Below are positions 1-8,940 of a DNA stretch of 31,759 bases, piece by piece. The notes beneath the pieces were generated by a model that saw only the letters and a program-made list of their open reading frames with translations, made no database searches and had not been told where the DNA came from. Positions within the stretch are counted from its first letter, which is position 1. Each line of letters opens with the position of its first letter. A program made the translations under genes and the position numbers. Source of the stretch: a virus (taxonomy: Duplodnaviria; Caudoviricetes); the IMG/VR virus record IMGVR_UViG_3300012862_000036, positions 1 through 31,759 of that record; one strand, 5' to 3'.

Positions 1-375
1 ATGACCGACCTCGCCGCACTCACCCGCCGTTGCCACGATACCGGCTTCGAGCAGGGCTCTATGGCCGCCTGCAATGCCATCCTCGCCTGGCTCAACGGCC
101 ATGGCCATGTCGTGGCCGCCACTGACCTGCTGATCGCCTGGGATGCGGGACAGGTGGCCGAGGTCTTCGAGGCGATCCCGGCGCCGCCACCGGCCGTGCT
201 GCTCGCCTCGGAAGCTATCCCGGTGTCGATGCCGCTGCCTGCCCTCAGCCGGGAAGCGGCGCGCGGCGCCGGCTATGTCGGCGACCCCTGCAGCTTCTGC
301 CAATCCATGCAGGTCAAGCGCAACGGCTCCTGCCTCGTCTGCGAGGCCTGCGGCCAGACGACGGGGTGTTCGTGA
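1..375 (+). CDS. Hypothetical protein with C-terminal NrdJ-type Cys4 zinc finger
   Basis: Ends GYVGDPCSFCQSMQVKRNGSCLVCEACGQTTGCS, matching the GYxGxxCxxC...RNGxCxxCxxCGxTTGCS tail of alphaproteobacterial class II RNRs. TGATG coupling to the next gene. Confidence 0.75.
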   Translation: MTDLAALTRRCHDTGFEQGSMAACNAILAWLNGHGHVVAATDLLIAWDAGQVAEVFEAIPAPPPAVLLASEAIPVSMPLPALSREAARGAGYVGDPCSFCQSMQVKRNGSCLVCEACGQTTGCS

Positions 376-857
376 TGGCCTATCGCAGCGATCGGCACAT
401 TGTCGAAAGCCTGATCCCAATTCGGCTGCTGCTCAGCGTCGTGCATTTCGGCATGGCCGAGGGCTCGGACGAGGCGGCGCAGCTGACCGCCTGGCTCAAG
501 GCGGCCGAAGCCGAGAACCTGGCTGGCTGCACCGATGCCGAGGTGCGGCGCCTCGCGCGGCGATCCTGGTCGGTCTATGACCGGGTGATGGCGCCTTTCC
601 TCGAGGACGAGACGAGCTGCGCCAAGTTCGGGCTCATCGTCTTCTACCTGCTGGCCGAGCTGGAAGAGCAAGGCATTCCGCTGTTCGCCGCCGGCTCCAG
701 CTTCGACCTGGCGCAGCAGGCGCTCTACGGGCCCGAAGGCACGATCACCGAAATGGCGAATATCGCGGCCGTCGACGCCTCGGCCCAGAAACAGGGCCGG
801 CGCCTGCTCCGCGTGCTGCAGGCCGAAGGCTATTTCCGCGAGGCGGTGGCAGCATGA
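375..857 (+). CDS. Hypothetical phage protein (helical)
   Basis: ATG at 375 overlaps the upstream TGA; ATGA overlap with the next gene; typical high-GC codon usage. Confidence 0.75.
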   Translation: MAYRSDRHIVESLIPIRLLLSVVHFGMAEGSDEAAQLTAWLKAAEAENLAGCTDAEVRRLARRSWSVYDRVMAPFLEDETSCAKFGLIVFYLLAELEEQGIPLFAAGSSFDLAQQALYGPEGTITEMANIAAVDASAQKQGRRLLRVLQAEGYFREAVAA

Positions 858-1450
858 GCGACAAGTCCATTCTCTTTTCCGGCCCGATGATCCGCGCGCT
901 GATCGCTGGCACCAAGACGCAAACGCGACGCCTATCTACCCCGGTCGCGGCGGTGCACGCCCAGCGATACAAGAAGGGCGACCGGCTCTATGTCCGCGAG
1001 CACTGGCGCACCGGCGGCCAGCACGATCATCTAGCGCCGCGCGACCTTCCGCAGGAATGGGCGGAGCCTATCGGATATATCGCCGATGAAGCGCCCAACA
1101 CCATTTCACGCACCGGCCGCTTCCGCCAAGGCATGCACATGCCCCGCTGGGCCTCGCGCCTGACACTCACCGTCACCGATGTGCGGGTCGAGCGGCTGCA
1201 GGATATCAGCGAGGCGGACGCGCTGGAGGAAGGCGTGAGCTTCGAAGCGTCGCTGCCGGCGGATGCACATCGCCACTATGTTGCAATCGGTGATGGCGAG
1301 GTGATTTCGGGTTGGGATGCCGGCGACTGCTACGGCGGTTTGTGGGAGCATATCAACGGCGGCGGATCGTGGGCCGCGAACCCCTGGGTCGCCGCCTACA
1401 CTTTCACCGTCGAGCGCGGGAACATCGACCGCTTGGCGAGGGCAGCATGA
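854..1450 (+). CDS. ASCH/PUA-like phage protein
   Basis: ILFSGPMIRALIAGTKTQTRR, GDRLYVRE, HMPRWASRLTLTVTDVRVERLQDISEADA and WAANPWV motifs of this widespread phage family. Confidence 0.8.
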   Translation: MSDKSILFSGPMIRALIAGTKTQTRRLSTPVAAVHAQRYKKGDRLYVREHWRTGGQHDHLAPRDLPQEWAEPIGYIADEAPNTISRTGRFRQGMHMPRWASRLTLTVTDVRVERLQDISEADALEEGVSFEASLPADAHRHYVAIGDGEVISGWDAGDCYGGLWEHINGGGSWAANPWVAAYTFTVERGNIDRLARAA

Positions 1451-2643
1451 CCCTATCCCCCGAACTGCAGACGCTCAAAGAGCAGGCCGAGGCCGTCGAT
1501 TGCTGGAGCTGGGCCGACTTCAAAGGCTGGAAGCTAGGGCCAGGCGTGGACAAGGCCGGGCCGTGCCCGGTGTGCGGCGGTACCGATCGCTTCGCCATCC
1601 ATACCGGCAAGAACACGTTCAACTGCCGGCGCTGCGGGCTTGCAGGCGGCGGCATCATCGACCTGGTCATGAAGACCGAGAACGTCAAATTCGTGAAGGC
1701 CTGCGAGATCATCACTGGCCGCACCGTGGCCGACCCGGTCTCGGCCGAAGAGCAGGCGCGCATCCATCAGGAGGCCGAGCGCCGGGAAAAGGAGCGCGCG
1801 GCCGAGGAAGAAAAGCGCCGGCTGCGGGCGATCAACGAGGGTCTATCCATCTGGGAGCGGACCGCGGCACCCGTGGCGGCCGGACAGGGTGGCGTCGTCG
1901 ATTACCTGGCGCTGCGCGGTCTCGACGGATTGAAGCTCGATCGGATCGTGCTGCGCGAAATCCTCGCGCATCCCTATGTGGTCGAGGCCGAGGGTCCGGA
2001 CGGCAGAAAGACCTATCCGACCATCCATACCGGGCCGTGCATGGTGGCGGCCGTGGTGCTGGCCGATGGGACTTTCGGGGCCGTGCACCAGACCTGGATC
2101 GACCTTGGCCGTGCCAACGGCAAGGTGGCGCTGACCCATCCGAACAAGACCGAGAAAGACGGCTCACCGTCACCGCTGCCGGCCAAGAAGGTACGCGGCA
2201 GCAAGAAAGGCGGGGCGATCCGGCTCTATGGACCGCGCAATGCCACGCGCATCGTCATGGGCGAGGGCATTGAGACGACCCTGACGGCGCTGCGGCACAA
2301 TTTCGAGCCCGGCACTGCCTATTGGGCCGGTGTCGACCTCGGGAACATGGCCGGCAAGGCCTGGATCGACTTCCAGAGCAAGCGCCAGGAAGCCGAGCCG
2401 AACATGGATGACCTCGACTGCTTCGTGCCGCCCGACTGGTGCGAGGAGCTGGTCTATCTCTGCGATAGCGACGAGCCGGAGACTAAGACAGTCGAGAAGG
2501 TGACGCGGGGCCTGAAGCGCGCCGCTGCGCTGCGCGATGCGGCAAGACTGGGGCGGCCGGAGCTGCCTGAATTGCTGGTGCGCTATGTCGAGCCCGTGGG
2601 CGAGGGGAAAGACCTCAATGACCTGGTGAGGGTGGCGTCATGA
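1447..2643 (+). CDS. DNA primase (P4 alpha-type zinc finger plus Toprim-like domain)
   Basis: GPCPVCGGTDRF...FNCRRC zinc finger; YLALRG; GGAIRL...GEGIET...DSD...GKDLNDL Toprim motifs. ATG at 1447 overlaps the upstream stop (ATGA). Confidence 0.85.
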   Translation: MTLSPELQTLKEQAEAVDCWSWADFKGWKLGPGVDKAGPCPVCGGTDRFAIHTGKNTFNCRRCGLAGGGIIDLVMKTENVKFVKACEIITGRTVADPVSAEEQARIHQEAERREKERAAEEEKRRLRAINEGLSIWERTAAPVAAGQGGVVDYLALRGLDGLKLDRIVLREILAHPYVVEAEGPDGRKTYPTIHTGPCMVAAVVLADGTFGAVHQTWIDLGRANGKVALTHPNKTEKDGSPSPLPAKKVRGSKKGGAIRLYGPRNATRIVMGEGIETTLTALRHNFEPGTAYWAGVDLGNMAGKAWIDFQSKRQEAEPNMDDLDCFVPPDWCEELVYLCDSDEPETKTVEKVTRGLKRAAALRDAARLGRPELPELLVRYVEPVGEGKDLNDLVRVAS

Positions 2644-2645
2644 GG

Positions 2646-3341
2646 TCAGCGTCGTGGGTCGATAAGAAGGTCGTGGACCCAAATGTATTCTGTGTCAAAG
2701 ACTTGAAGCGAATCTGCTTCCGCCAAGTCCTCCTCATTGTCGATCGTAGCCGGAATGTGAACGAGTTGCCCATCGAAGAAGAGGCGATCGGGGTCGCTGA
2801 GGTAAGTACAAGCGACAAAGATGATCCGATGCAGTTCCAGCACGTCGTTTTGCTGGTTCAAGTCGATATGTGTGTTTCCGATAGTGGCCAGGGAGCCGAG
2901 CCTTTGGCCGACGTGGTCGGCGCTGAAGGGCAATCCGCCTGCGATAATCTCAATTTGTGTGAGCACTTGGGCCACGCGGCCAAGGTCGTCACCGCGATGA
3001 AGTCGCAATCGCGCAGCTCCCCAAGCACGCCGCAAACTCCACATGGTCGAGTAAGTTCTCCTATAGTCTTCATCTCGTCGATCAGCGATTTGATGAGATC
3101 TCTGCAGCATTGTCGCCGCTACGATAGCCGCACCGCCGCCAAGTGCGAGAACTCCAGCAAGCAAGGTTTGGTATTTTTCGACCCATCCCAGCATGGCGAA
3201 GTTTGCCCAAGCTTGGATAGCGCCGTCTATCCACCACTGCTGCCATCCCGTCCGGATGTGCCACTCCGTCAAGAACGTTACGAACCACAACAGCATCACG
3301 CCCCCAGCAATCGCTGCCGCTACTCTCCACCGTCTGTCCAT
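2646..3341 (-). CDS. Putative membrane protein (moron) inserted antisense in the replication operon
   Basis: Two hydrophobic segments (VAAAIAGGVMLLWFVTFL; YQTLLAGVLALGGGAAIVAATML), then a helical domain. GGGAC precedes ATG 3341 (alternative start 3353). Visibly AT-richer than flanks. Confidence 0.65.
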   Translation of the reverse strand: MDRRWRVAAAIAGGVMLLWFVTFLTEWHIRTGWQQWWIDGAIQAWANFAMLGWVEKYQTLLAGVLALGGGAAIVAATMLQRSHQIADRRDEDYRRTYSTMWSLRRAWGAARLRLHRGDDLGRVAQVLTQIEIIAGGLPFSADHVGQRLGSLATIGNTHIDLNQQNDVLELHRIIFVACTYLSDPDRLFFDGQLVHIPATIDNEEDLAEADSLQVFDTEYIWVHDLLIDPRR

Positions 3342-3351
3342 AGAAGTCCCC

Positions 3352-5202
3352 ATGTCTGACGATACCGAAGACGACAAGTCCGAGGCCGTCAAGAAGGCCA
3401 TGGGCAAGAAAACCACAGTGAAGCTCACCTTGGTCGAGGGTGGCAAGGATGCGGCCGAAAAGCCGAAGCGGGGGCGCAAGGCCAAGCCGAAGGACGACGC
3501 GCCGCCGGCGCCCGATGCCGACCATCCCGGCCCCGACGATCCCGATATCGTCGATTATCCCGATGACGACATGGAGCTGCCGCCAGGCGGCATCAGCGAA
3601 CTCGACCGGATTATCGCCAGGGAATGCGCGGGCTGGGACCAGAACGATCGCGACAATGGCAAGCGCCTGGTGATCTGGTTCGGCGGCGGCCTCTGCTATG
3701 TCGTGGGTCTCGGCTGGCTTGTCTGGACCGGCACGCACTGGCTGCGAGACGAGGCCGACCTCGAGGTGAGGCTCTATGCCCAGCAGGTGGTCGACAAGAT
3801 CAAGCTCGAAGCGCTCGAAATCGAAGCGACGCCGTCGCAGCGCCAGCTGCTCGACATGGCGGAGGAAGCGACCAAGAAGGCCGAAGACAAGCGCACGAGC
3901 CGCGACAAGGACGTGATTATCAAGGCGGTGAAGGTGCGCGCGGCCATTTCGAGCAAGCGCAGCAAACGCCGTGCCTGGGCGGTGACGTCGGGCAATGCCG
4001 GCAAGACCTCGGCCATGCTGGAGCAGGCCAAGAGCATGAAGGCGCTGCCGATCGACCGGCTCGACGCCAATGCCATGCTGTTCAACGTCAAGAACGGGAC
4101 GCTGCGGTTCTGGCGCGAACTCGACCCCGACCAGCCAGAGGGTGGCAGCCGCATGATCGGCCGCTTCGAATTCCTCGAACACGATCGCGACCATATGCTG
4201 ACCAACGTCGCCGATGTGGAATATCACCCCGACGCCGAGGCGCCGTTCTTCAAGGAGAAGTTCCTTGCAAAGGTGCAGCCGGAAGCCGCCATGCGGACAT
4301 TCCTGCAGGTCTCGACGGCCTATGCGCTGCTTTGCGACGGCAATGACGAGCAGCGGCTGTTCTATCACTACGGTACCGGCGCCAACGGCAAATCGGCGTT
4401 CTTCGAACTGATCGGCCGCCTGGCCGGCACCTATCGGCAAATCGCCGACCCCGCGACCATTACCGGCGACGGCCAGCGGGCCGGGCAACAGGCCAATCCC
4501 GACGTGGCGCGCCTGCATAATGCGCGCCTGGTGACGATCGAGGAATTGCCCAAGAACACGCCGCTGCGCGAAGAACTGATCAAGGCGCTGACCGGCGGCT
4601 CGAAGATCCTCGCGCGCTTCCTCAACAAGGAATTCTTCGAGTTCCTGCCGAAGTTCACGCCCATGCTGTCGGGCAATTCGAAGCCGGCGATCTCGGGCAC
4701 GGACTACGGCATCTGGCGGCGCGTGCTGCTGATCCTGTGGGGCGTTACCATCCCGGAAAGCGAAAAGATGCTGCCGGCCGAACTGTCGGCGCGGCTCGAT
4801 GCCGAGCGATCGGGTATCCTCAATTGGCTGATCGAGGGCATGCTGCTCTATCTCGGGCAGCGCCTCGAGCCGTTCGTGCCGGCCGCGGTGAAGGAATTCA
4901 CGGCGGACTATCGCGAGGAGCGGGACAATGTCAGCGTCTTTGCCGAGGTGGCCATCCAGGCGGCGCCGGGCAAGCAGGTCAAGGCCGGCAAGCTCTATGA
5001 GGCCTATGAGGGCTGGTGCAAGATCAACGGCCTCAAATCCGCGTCGCAGCGCAGTTTCGGCGACAAGCTCGTCGAGCTGGGCCACAAGAAGAAGCGTGGC
5101 GCCTATTACGTCTATCTCGACATCGAGCTGCTCGACGTGCCTGGACACGCGGCCGATATCGGTTCCCCGCCCAAGCGCGATCCTGATGACCCGGGCTTTT
5201 AG
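3352..5202 (+). CDS. P4/D5-family SF3 helicase (phage/plasmid primase-helicase C-terminal part)
   Basis: D5_N-like DRDNGKRL...GWLVWTGTHW; Walker A YGTGANGKS; RLVTIEE Walker B; IKALTGG; DYGIWRR; winged-helix-like end. Start placed at MSDDTE, where phage-like codon usage resumes. Confidence 0.9.
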   Translation: MSDDTEDDKSEAVKKAMGKKTTVKLTLVEGGKDAAEKPKRGRKAKPKDDAPPAPDADHPGPDDPDIVDYPDDDMELPPGGISELDRIIARECAGWDQNDRDNGKRLVIWFGGGLCYVVGLGWLVWTGTHWLRDEADLEVRLYAQQVVDKIKLEALEIEATPSQRQLLDMAEEATKKAEDKRTSRDKDVIIKAVKVRAAISSKRSKRRAWAVTSGNAGKTSAMLEQAKSMKALPIDRLDANAMLFNVKNGTLRFWRELDPDQPEGGSRMIGRFEFLEHDRDHMLTNVADVEYHPDAEAPFFKEKFLAKVQPEAAMRTFLQVSTAYALLCDGNDEQRLFYHYGTGANGKSAFFELIGRLAGTYRQIADPATITGDGQRAGQQANPDVARLHNARLVTIEELPKNTPLREELIKALTGGSKILARFLNKEFFEFLPKFTPMLSGNSKPAISGTDYGIWRRVLLILWGVTIPESEKMLPAELSARLDAERSGILNWLIEGMLLYLGQRLEPFVPAAVKEFTADYREERDNVSVFAEVAIQAAPGKQVKAGKLYEAYEGWCKINGLKSASQRSFGDKLVELGHKKKRGAYYVYLDIELLDVPGHAADIGSPPKRDPDDPGF

Positions 5203-5301
5203 CGACGCCCGGGCCTGACCTTCGCCAAGAGGGTCTTGCGCGGGCGGCTTTGCCGCCCCGCACCCCGCGCCCCGCACCCCCACAAGCAGAAAAGAATGAA
5301 G

Positions 5302-5612
5302 TCACGACCCTCTCGCCGCTGTCGCGGCGCGATAGAGGGTCGTGAGGTTTGTCGAGAGGGTGAATGCAAATCTCTCGGCTAAAATTCAACAGCTATTTCA
5401 ACGGTTTGCGCGATTTGTGAGAGGGTCGTGAGGTTCGTTCTCGCCTATACATAGAAGGGGTGTGGGGTGGCGGTGCCCGACCCTCATTATCGGGGTGAAA
5501 TCTGGTCATGCGTTACGGGGCAACCCTCTGCACCCTCACCATCCTCTCTAACCTCATACTCCTGTTCTTCTTTTCTTCGAGAGAGGGTCAAACAAGACCC
5601 TCTAGAACCCTC
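5302..5612. repeat. Iteron-like array (GAGGGT/ACCCTC); putative replication origin
   Basis: Ten GAGGGT/ACCCTC hexamers in both orientations; 12-bp inverted repeat 5302-5313/5334-5345; 16-bp direct repeat 5334-5349/5420-5435; AT-richer stretch near 5362-5418; noncoding, directly after the helicase. Confidence 0.6.
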
Positions 5613-5623
5613 TAGAGGCCAGA

Positions 5624-6226
5624 ATGGCAAAGGCAATGGATGTGGAAGACCTGGTGATCTGGGCCTTCCGGGACCAGAAGATCGAGGCGGTGGCGGCGCG
5701 GCTGGCGGGGCCCAGAGGGCTGCAGGCGTCTCCGGAAAGCAATCTGGCGCAAATCCTTGCCTTGGGATGCAGGGTGCAGACATCGTCGGCCGGGGCGATG
5801 CACATGGCGGTGCAGTGTCATGAGGATGCGGCGGTGATCTACGATGCGGTGATGGCCCTGCCGGCAGATGCCTGCATGCTCATCATCCGGCATGGACGCA
5901 ATGCGACGCGGCCAGATTGGTACGAGGATGGACCTGGCCGGTGGGTCGATCAGGTCGACAAGGATGGCAATCCGAAAAAGCAGTATCTCGACCCGCACAC
6001 CAAGCGTGGGTTCATCGGCTATGCACGGCCGGTGCTTGAAGGGAACGACCCAGATGACGTCGAGGAAGCGCGCCGCGCCTACGATGTCTGGCGCTATGGG
6101 CTGGTCGATCTGGTGTCTCTGCTCAACAGCGAGATGGTCGACCATGAGGCGATTGGACCAGAGGTTGCAGCGCGGCCATGGGAGATCGCAGATAGCCCAT
6201 TGACGGCTCCGCAAAACTTGACGTAG
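5624..6226 (+). CDS. Hypothetical protein at the late-regulator (Q-equivalent) position
   Basis: GAGG before ATG; lies between the replication and packaging genes; followed by a promoter and hairpin. Function inferred from position only. Confidence 0.7.
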   Translation: MAKAMDVEDLVIWAFRDQKIEAVAARLAGPRGLQASPESNLAQILALGCRVQTSSAGAMHMAVQCHEDAAVIYDAVMALPADACMLIIRHGRNATRPDWYEDGPGRWVDQVDKDGNPKKQYLDPHTKRGFIGYARPVLEGNDPDDVEEARRAYDVWRYGLVDLVSLLNSEMVDHEAIGPEVAARPWEIADSPLTAPQNLT

Positions 6227-6229
6227 TTT
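6200..6229 (+). promoter_or_regulatory. Putative sigma70 late promoter
   Basis: TTGACG (6200-6205), 18-nt spacer, TAGTTT (6224-6229), directly upstream of the late operon. Confidence 0.5.
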
Positions 6230-6255
6230 CACCACACCAAATCAGGTCTTGAGAC

Positions 6256-6292
6256 AGGCGCTTCGGGAAACCCGCGGCGCCTTTGTTGTTTC
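6256..6292 (+). terminator. Leader hairpin/terminator ahead of the late operon
   Basis: AGGCGCtt-CGGG-aaa-CCCG-cg-GCGCCT followed by TTGTTGTTT. Confidence 0.5.
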
Positions 6293-6304
6293 CGGGGTGT
6301 GGCG

Positions 6305-6682
6305 ATGGGCAGGCTCAAGACGTTGCCGTCCCGTGTCCAGCCAATGGCGCCGCGCATCGGCTTTGCCAGTGGAGACGAGAAGGCCGGCGACAAGGCGCGC
6401 GACGATGCTGCGCCATGGCGGGCCTGGTACCGAACGAAGCGATGGCGCGACCTGCGCATTGCCGTGTTCGCCCGCGACGCGTTCCGTTGCCAGCGGACTG
6501 GGCAGCTCGTCATGGGCAAGTACCCGGCGCCTGGCAGTCCGGTGGCCAACCACAAGCGCCCGCATCGCGGCGACCCGGTTCTGTTCTGGGACATGAGCAA
6601 CATCGAGACCGTGGCCAAGTCGGTCCACGACAGCATCATCCAGGCCGAAGAGCAGGCCATCCCGACCGGACGCTGGGACTGA
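6305..6682 (+). CDS. HNH endonuclease (terminase-associated)
   Basis: WYRTKRWRDLR...RDAFRCQ...VANHKRPHRGD..LFWD..N...HDS pattern; immediately upstream of TerS. Confidence 0.85.
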   Translation: MGRLKTLPSRVQPMAPRIGFASGDEKAGDKARDDAAPWRAWYRTKRWRDLRIAVFARDAFRCQRTGQLVMGKYPAPGSPVANHKRPHRGDPVLFWDMSNIETVAKSVHDSIIQAEEQAIPTGRWD

Positions 6683-6769
6683 CCAGCGACCGACCGGGGG
6701 GGCGGTCGAAAGTCTAGGGAACCCCGGGGCCGCTGACCGGCATGGGGGTCACGCGGAGATTTTTTTCTG
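6683..6769. other. Candidate cos/packaging-initiation region
   Basis: Noncoding gap between HNH and TerS with inverted repeat CGACCG-G6-CGGTCG (6691-6708) followed by AAAGT; usual cos location in HK97-like phages. Cut site not determinable. Confidence 0.5.
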
Positions 6770-7243
6770 ATGGCGCAGGATTTTGACCTTCTCGGGGACC
6801 CGATCCCGGAGGGGTTTGGCAAACGTGGCCGACCGCCACATGTGCCGACTGAGGAAAAACGTAGGCTGGTCATGATGTTACAGGCATTCGACTGGTCGAT
6901 TGAACGGATCGCGGCGGCCCTGTCGATCACGCCGCCGACTTTGCGGAAGAATTATTTTCGGGAGCTGAAGGCGAAGGCGGAGGCGCGGGCCCGGGCGGAT
7001 GCAAAGCTGATCGGTGCGCTGCTCGACCAGGTCGACGAGGGCAATGTCGCCGCGATCAAGGCACTCGATGCCAAGTTCGAAAAGCATGACCTGGCGCGCT
7101 TGGCCGAAGCCATCAAGAACCGGGGACATCAGTCCCAGCCGACCAGCGAGCCCAAAAAGGGCAAGAAGGAAATGGCGCAGGATGCTGCGGCCAGCGTGAC
7201 AGGACTGTTCGCGCCGCCAGCGCCCCCGGAGAAGCTCAACTGA
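6770..7243 (+). CDS. terS: Terminase small subunit
   Basis: GRPPHVPT plus HTH ([16 protein letters not shown]), GNVAAIK, GKKE...A...F tail; TGATG-coupled to TerL. Confidence 0.8.
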   Translation: MAQDFDLLGDPIPEGFGKRGRPPHVPTEEKRRLVMMLQAFDWSIERIAAALSITPPTLRKNYFRELKAKAEARARADAKLIGALLDQVDEGNVAAIKALDAKFEKHDLARLAEAIKNRGHQSQPTSEPKKGKKEMAQDAAASVTGLFAPPAPPEKLN

Positions 7244-8937
7244 TGCAAGAGTGGTCGACGGCCTGCACTGACTGGGAGCAGCGGATCGTCGAACGGAAGT
7301 CACTCGTGCCTTTCGAGCCGCTGTTTCCGCAAGAGGCGGACGCGGCCCTGGCGGTGTTCAAATCGCTGCGCATCGTGGACGCGCCTGGCATGCCGACTTT
7401 CGGTGAGGCGTGCGAAAGTTTCGTGTTCGACTTCGTGCGCGCGATCTTTGGCGCTTATGAGCACCAGACGATCACGCGACATATCGCCGAGTTCATGCTG
7501 CTCATCAGCAAGAAGAACAGCAAGTCGACTATTGCTGCCGGCATCATGGTAACGGCGCTGATCCGCAACTGGCGCAACTCCGCCGAGCTGCTGATCCTGG
7601 CGCCTACGCTGGAGGTCGCCAACAACAGTTTCAAGCCGGCCGCCGACATGGTGCGCAACGATGCCGAACTGGCCAAGATCCTAAAGCCGATCGACCATCA
7701 AAAGACGATCAAACACCTGATTACAGGAGCCGAACTGAAGGTCGTCGCGGCGGACGCAAACACCGTGTCGGGCAAGAAGGCCGCGTTCGTCCTGATCGAC
7801 GAGCTGTGGCTCTTCGGCAAGATGGCGAACGCGTCCTCAATGCTGGACGAGGCGACCGGCGGCCTGGTGTCGAAGCCAGAGGGGTTCGTGATCTACCTTT
7901 CGACCCACAGCGATGAGGCACCCGCGGGCGTGTTCAAGGATAGGCTGGAGTATTTCCGCGACGTACGGGATGGGATCATCGCCGACAAGCGGTCCTTTGG
8001 GATGCTGTACGAGTGGCCCCAGGCGCTGGTGGACGCGGAGGCATATCTCGATCCGGACAATTTCTACGTCACCAACCCGAATATCGGGCGCTCGGTGCGC
8101 CGTTCTTGGCTGGAAGACAAGTTGCGGAAGGTCCTGCGGGGCGAGGGCGAGGCCGGCGAGGACAAACAGACGTTTCTGGCGAAGCATCTCAACGTGCAGA
8201 TCGGCCTCAAGCTGCGGCGCGATCGGTGGGCTGGCGCTGCGTATTGGGAAGGTGCGGCGGCCGACGGACTGACGCTGGACGAGATCATAGAGCGGTCCGA
8301 TGTCGCCGTTGTCGGGATCGACGGTGGCGGGCTCGATGACCTGTTGGGCGTAGGGGTTGTTGGCCGGGACCGGCAGACGCGTGAATGGCTCCATTGGGGC
8401 CATGCCTGGGCCCAGACAGACGTTCTGGAGCGGCGAAAGGAAATCGCGCCGACGCTGCGGGACTTCGAGAGGGCCGGTGAGATGACGATCTGCTCGATGC
8501 CGACCCAGGACCTAGAAGAGGTCGCGGATATCTGCGAACGGCTGATGGACGCGGGGTTGCTGCCGGAGAAGGGTGCGATCGGCCTTGATCCCATGGGCGT
8601 GACTGCCCTGGTCGACGAGCTGTCCAGCCGCGGCATCAGCGACGAACAGATGGCGGCGGTCTCGCAGGGCTACAAGCTCTCTGGCGCCGTCTGGGGCATG
8701 GAGCGAAAGCTCAAGGACGGGACGTTCTGGCACTGCGGGCAGAAGCTGATGGCCTGGGCTGTGGGCAATGCCAAGGTCGAGCAGCGCGGCAATGCTGTCC
8801 TGATCACCAAACAGATGGCCGGCAAGGCCAAGATCGACCCGCTGATCGCCGTTTTCAACGCGGCGCAGCTCATGAGCCGCAACCCCGAAGCGTTCCGCCG
8901 GTCGCCCTACGACACGCGCGGCATAAGGATGGTCTAG
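7243..8937 (+). CDS. terL: Terminase large subunit
   Basis: ISKKNSKST Walker A variant, VLIDELW Walker [11 protein letters not shown] nuclease motif, C-terminal KIDPLIA. Confidence 0.95.
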   Translation: MQEWSTACTDWEQRIVERKSLVPFEPLFPQEADAALAVFKSLRIVDAPGMPTFGEACESFVFDFVRAIFGAYEHQTITRHIAEFMLLISKKNSKSTIAAGIMVTALIRNWRNSAELLILAPTLEVANNSFKPAADMVRNDAELAKILKPIDHQKTIKHLITGAELKVVAADANTVSGKKAAFVLIDELWLFGKMANASSMLDEATGGLVSKPEGFVIYLSTHSDEAPAGVFKDRLEYFRDVRDGIIADKRSFGMLYEWPQALVDAEAYLDPDNFYVTNPNIGRSVRRSWLEDKLRKVLRGEGEAGEDKQTFLAKHLNVQIGLKLRRDRWAGAAYWEGAAADGLTLDEIIERSDVAVVGIDGGGLDDLLGVGVVGRDRQTREWLHWGHAWAQTDVLERRKEIAPTLRDFERAGEMTICSMPTQDLEEVADICERLMDAGLLPEKGAIGLDPMGVTALVDELSSRGISDEQMAAVSQGYKLSGAVWGMERKLKDGTFWHCGQKLMAWAVGNAKVEQRGNAVLITKQMAGKAKIDPLIAVFNAAQLMSRNPEAFRRSPYDTRGIRMV

Positions 8938-8940
8938 CCC

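Noticed and set aside
1312-1446. ORF-track N-terminal extension of the primase
   Set aside because: Overlaps the ASCH-like gene; ATGA coupling at 1447 gives the natural start.
3193-3351. ORF-track N-terminal extension of the helicase
   Set aside because: Overlaps the minus-strand membrane gene and has atypical composition; ATG 3352 is more plausible.
3082-5283. 733-aa minus-strand ORF
   Set aside because: Antisense shadow of the helicase gene in GC-rich DNA; no recognisable motifs.
5302-5612. Repeats as a CRISPR array or IS ends
   Set aside because: Units are short, irregularly spaced and in both orientations; no cas or transposase gene.
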